In this document: piece by piece, positions 56,750 to 58,217 of the stretch
Numbering within the stretch: position 1 is the stretch's first letter
Layout: each line of letters begins with the position of its first letter
Source: a virus
Taxonomy: Duplodnaviria > Caudoviricetes
Reading direction: 5' to 3' (one strand)
Length of the DNA: 58,217 nucleotides
IMG/VR virus record: IMGVR_UViG_3300029825_000010
Location: 1-58,217 of that record
Made by a program: the position numbers and the translations under genes
The notes under the pieces: generated by a model
Seen by the model: only the letters and a program-made list of their open reading frames with translations
Database searches by the model: none
What the model was told of the DNA's origin: nothing

Positions 56750-56798
56750 AAGAACTGGATTTGCCCCTGATTGTTAGTCAAGGGCATATTCAATTCTC
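56750..56798 (-). ncRNA. conserved intergenic RNA hairpin, copy 1
   Basis: GAGAATTGAA.TGCCCTTGA...TCAGGGGCA.ATCCAGTTCTT; compensatory changes versus copy 2. Confidence 0.6.
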
Positions 56799-56799
56799 A

Positions 56800-57174
56800 T
56801 TACTTAAACAATATATGAGTGGAGCATTTATTTGCTCTCACCCACTCACTTTGGAGCATAATGTGGAGCTTGCCCCTTCTCATTGATTTTTTTATTGGGA
56901 AGGCCACGCTCGGATTAATGAGCTTTTTCCCAATAATATCCCACTTTCTGAACCAGAAATGTCCCGGCAACTCTGCCAGTTCATTATTCGGGATTTTCTC
57001 ATAGAATGAGTCTTCCGTGAGAATCCCATAGTGCTTTTCAACCTCATCATTGATTTGAACCCGGCGATATTCAATCGTCTTGCCTTGTAATATTGCCTTT
57101 TTTGCCACCCTGGCGGCAATACTTGACGACATGACCCGTGTCTTGCCGTCAATTATAAGAATTTTCTCTTGCAT
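56800..57174 (-). CDS. hypothetical early protein
   Basis: AAGGAG RBS. Confidence 0.6.
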   Translation of the reverse strand: MQEKILIIDGKTRVMSSSIAARVAKKAILQGKTIEYRRVQINDEVEKHYGILTEDSFYEKIPNNELAELPGHFWFRKWDIIGKKLINPSVAFPIKKSMRRGKLHIMLQSEWVRANKCSTHILFK

Positions 57175-57247
57175 GGCTCTCTCCTTGCTTATTTATTCAT
57201 ATTATTTGCACTTAATAAAACACTCAGATAAATGTTTTACTAAAAGC

Positions 57248-57282
57248 AAAAAAGGGAGCAAGTTTTTGCACCCGCTCCCTTT
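57248..57282 (-). terminator. rho-independent terminator after first early gene
   Basis: AAAGGGAGC/GCTCCCTTT stem with T-tract on minus strand. Confidence 0.65.
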
Positions 57283-57298
57283 ACTGTTTTAGCTGCTT

Positions 57299-57775
57299 TT
57301 ACTGAGCATCAGCCTCACTAAGCAGCCAGTCAAGGACGGCATCATGCCAAACAGCATTTTTGCCGCCTATGGCGTTTTTGGCAGCCTCCCTCAGGATATT
57401 TTGGTCAGTTATTTTTGCTAGCTTTAAACCAGCAAGGGCAGCCTTGCCAAGTGACAGGGCTCGAGTGGCCGAGCCATGCAAGCTTTTTTCAATGCCAAGC
57501 TCGGTCAAGTATCCGGCAAATGATGCGCCAGAAGAGCGCTTTTTAAGGTCTTCATAAGCATAGTAATCATCAAGCTTGCCATCAGCTTCAAGCTTGTTAA
57601 GTTTGGCTTTTAAGCTATTGGCTGCAGCCTCACCAGCTTCAAATTCATCCATAGCATTAAGCTCATTAAGCTTTTCTTGCAACTTTTCGACCTCTGCCTT
57701 TACATAAGCAAAAGCTTGCTCTCTTGTAACATCAACGTCAACGATTGCTCCACTCTTAGTTTTAACCGTAAACAT
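57299..57775 (-). CDS. Ala/Lys-rich coiled-coil early protein (start moved to ATG 57775)
   Basis: AAAGGAGG RBS; own terminator. Confidence 0.65.
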   Translation of the reverse strand: MFTVKTKSGAIVDVDVTREQAFAYVKAEVEKLQEKLNELNAMDEFEAGEAAANSLKAKLNKLEADGKLDDYYAYEDLKKRSSGASFAGYLTELGIEKSLHGSATRALSLGKAALAGLKLAKITDQNILREAAKNAIGGKNAVWHDAVLDWLLSEADAQ

Positions 57776-58217
57776 TTTATCCTCCTTTGGATAATAGTTG
57801 CTCAGAACCTTTTTATTTTGCAAGTTTTGCCTTGCAAGGTTCTGGCAATTCCCAGCTTATAAAGCCAGCTGGGAGGCTTTATACTTTTAAGCAAGCCCAG
57901 CCAAACCTTGTAAAGCTGCTGGGCTGGGCTTCGCTTAAAAGCACCAGAGCACTCTGTGACACGGTTTATCCACCTCCCGTAGGAGGCTTTGTGGTGCGGT
58001 TTCCATCCTCCCCATACGGGGCACTTTGTTCTTCTCCACCCATGCCATTTACGAGTTATCCCAGCCACGCATCAGCTCCCGCTACAGGAACCCGCCTCAC
58101 ACACTTGAGCTGGTCTGGCTTCACACCCACCACCATCTGGCAGCTGGCTGGTGGCTGAAACCAATTTCACTCTATATACTTAAAAGAACTGGGTTCAGTT
58201 TAGTTTTAGGGCTAAAA

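Noticed and set aside
1-58217. tRNA genes and terminal repeats
   Set aside because: No T-loop/cloverleaf pattern or matching end sequences seen by eye; completeness is inferred only from gene content

Overview
The window looks like a complete or near-complete ~58 kb tailed dsDNA phage genome with siphovirus architecture and an unidentified, probably diderm, host. The + strand arm (56-25329) carries a ParB-fused DNA methyltransferase, terminase, portal, XkdF-type protease/scaffold, a capsid with an Fn3-like extension, two paralogous tail-tube genes, a 1695-aa tape measure, tail-tip genes and a lysis cassette. The - strand arm (25880-57775) carries a Mom-like DNA modifier, DUF5664, intein-containing ThyX, RuvC, a UvrD helicase split into two ORFs, MazG, two Zn-ribbon HNH endonucleases, DnaB, a Cas4-like nuclease, an HD hydrolase, an SSB-like protein, a Sak4/AAA_24-like ATPase and many small early genes. 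I recognised no integrase, repressor, DNA polymerase, primase, tRNA or CRISPR array. The most unusual signals are (1) a circularly permuted AAA_24 ATPase with its P-loop at the C-terminus and an apparent ACG start, (2) UvrD split in-frame at motif III, (3) a repeated RBS-containing boundary sequence (LKAQEEE) delimiting a run of small genes, (4) a three-copy covarying RNA hairpin motif between early genes, and (5) a stand-alone origin-like region with a G-quadruplex motif between the arms. All family calls come from motif recognition by eye, not database searches.
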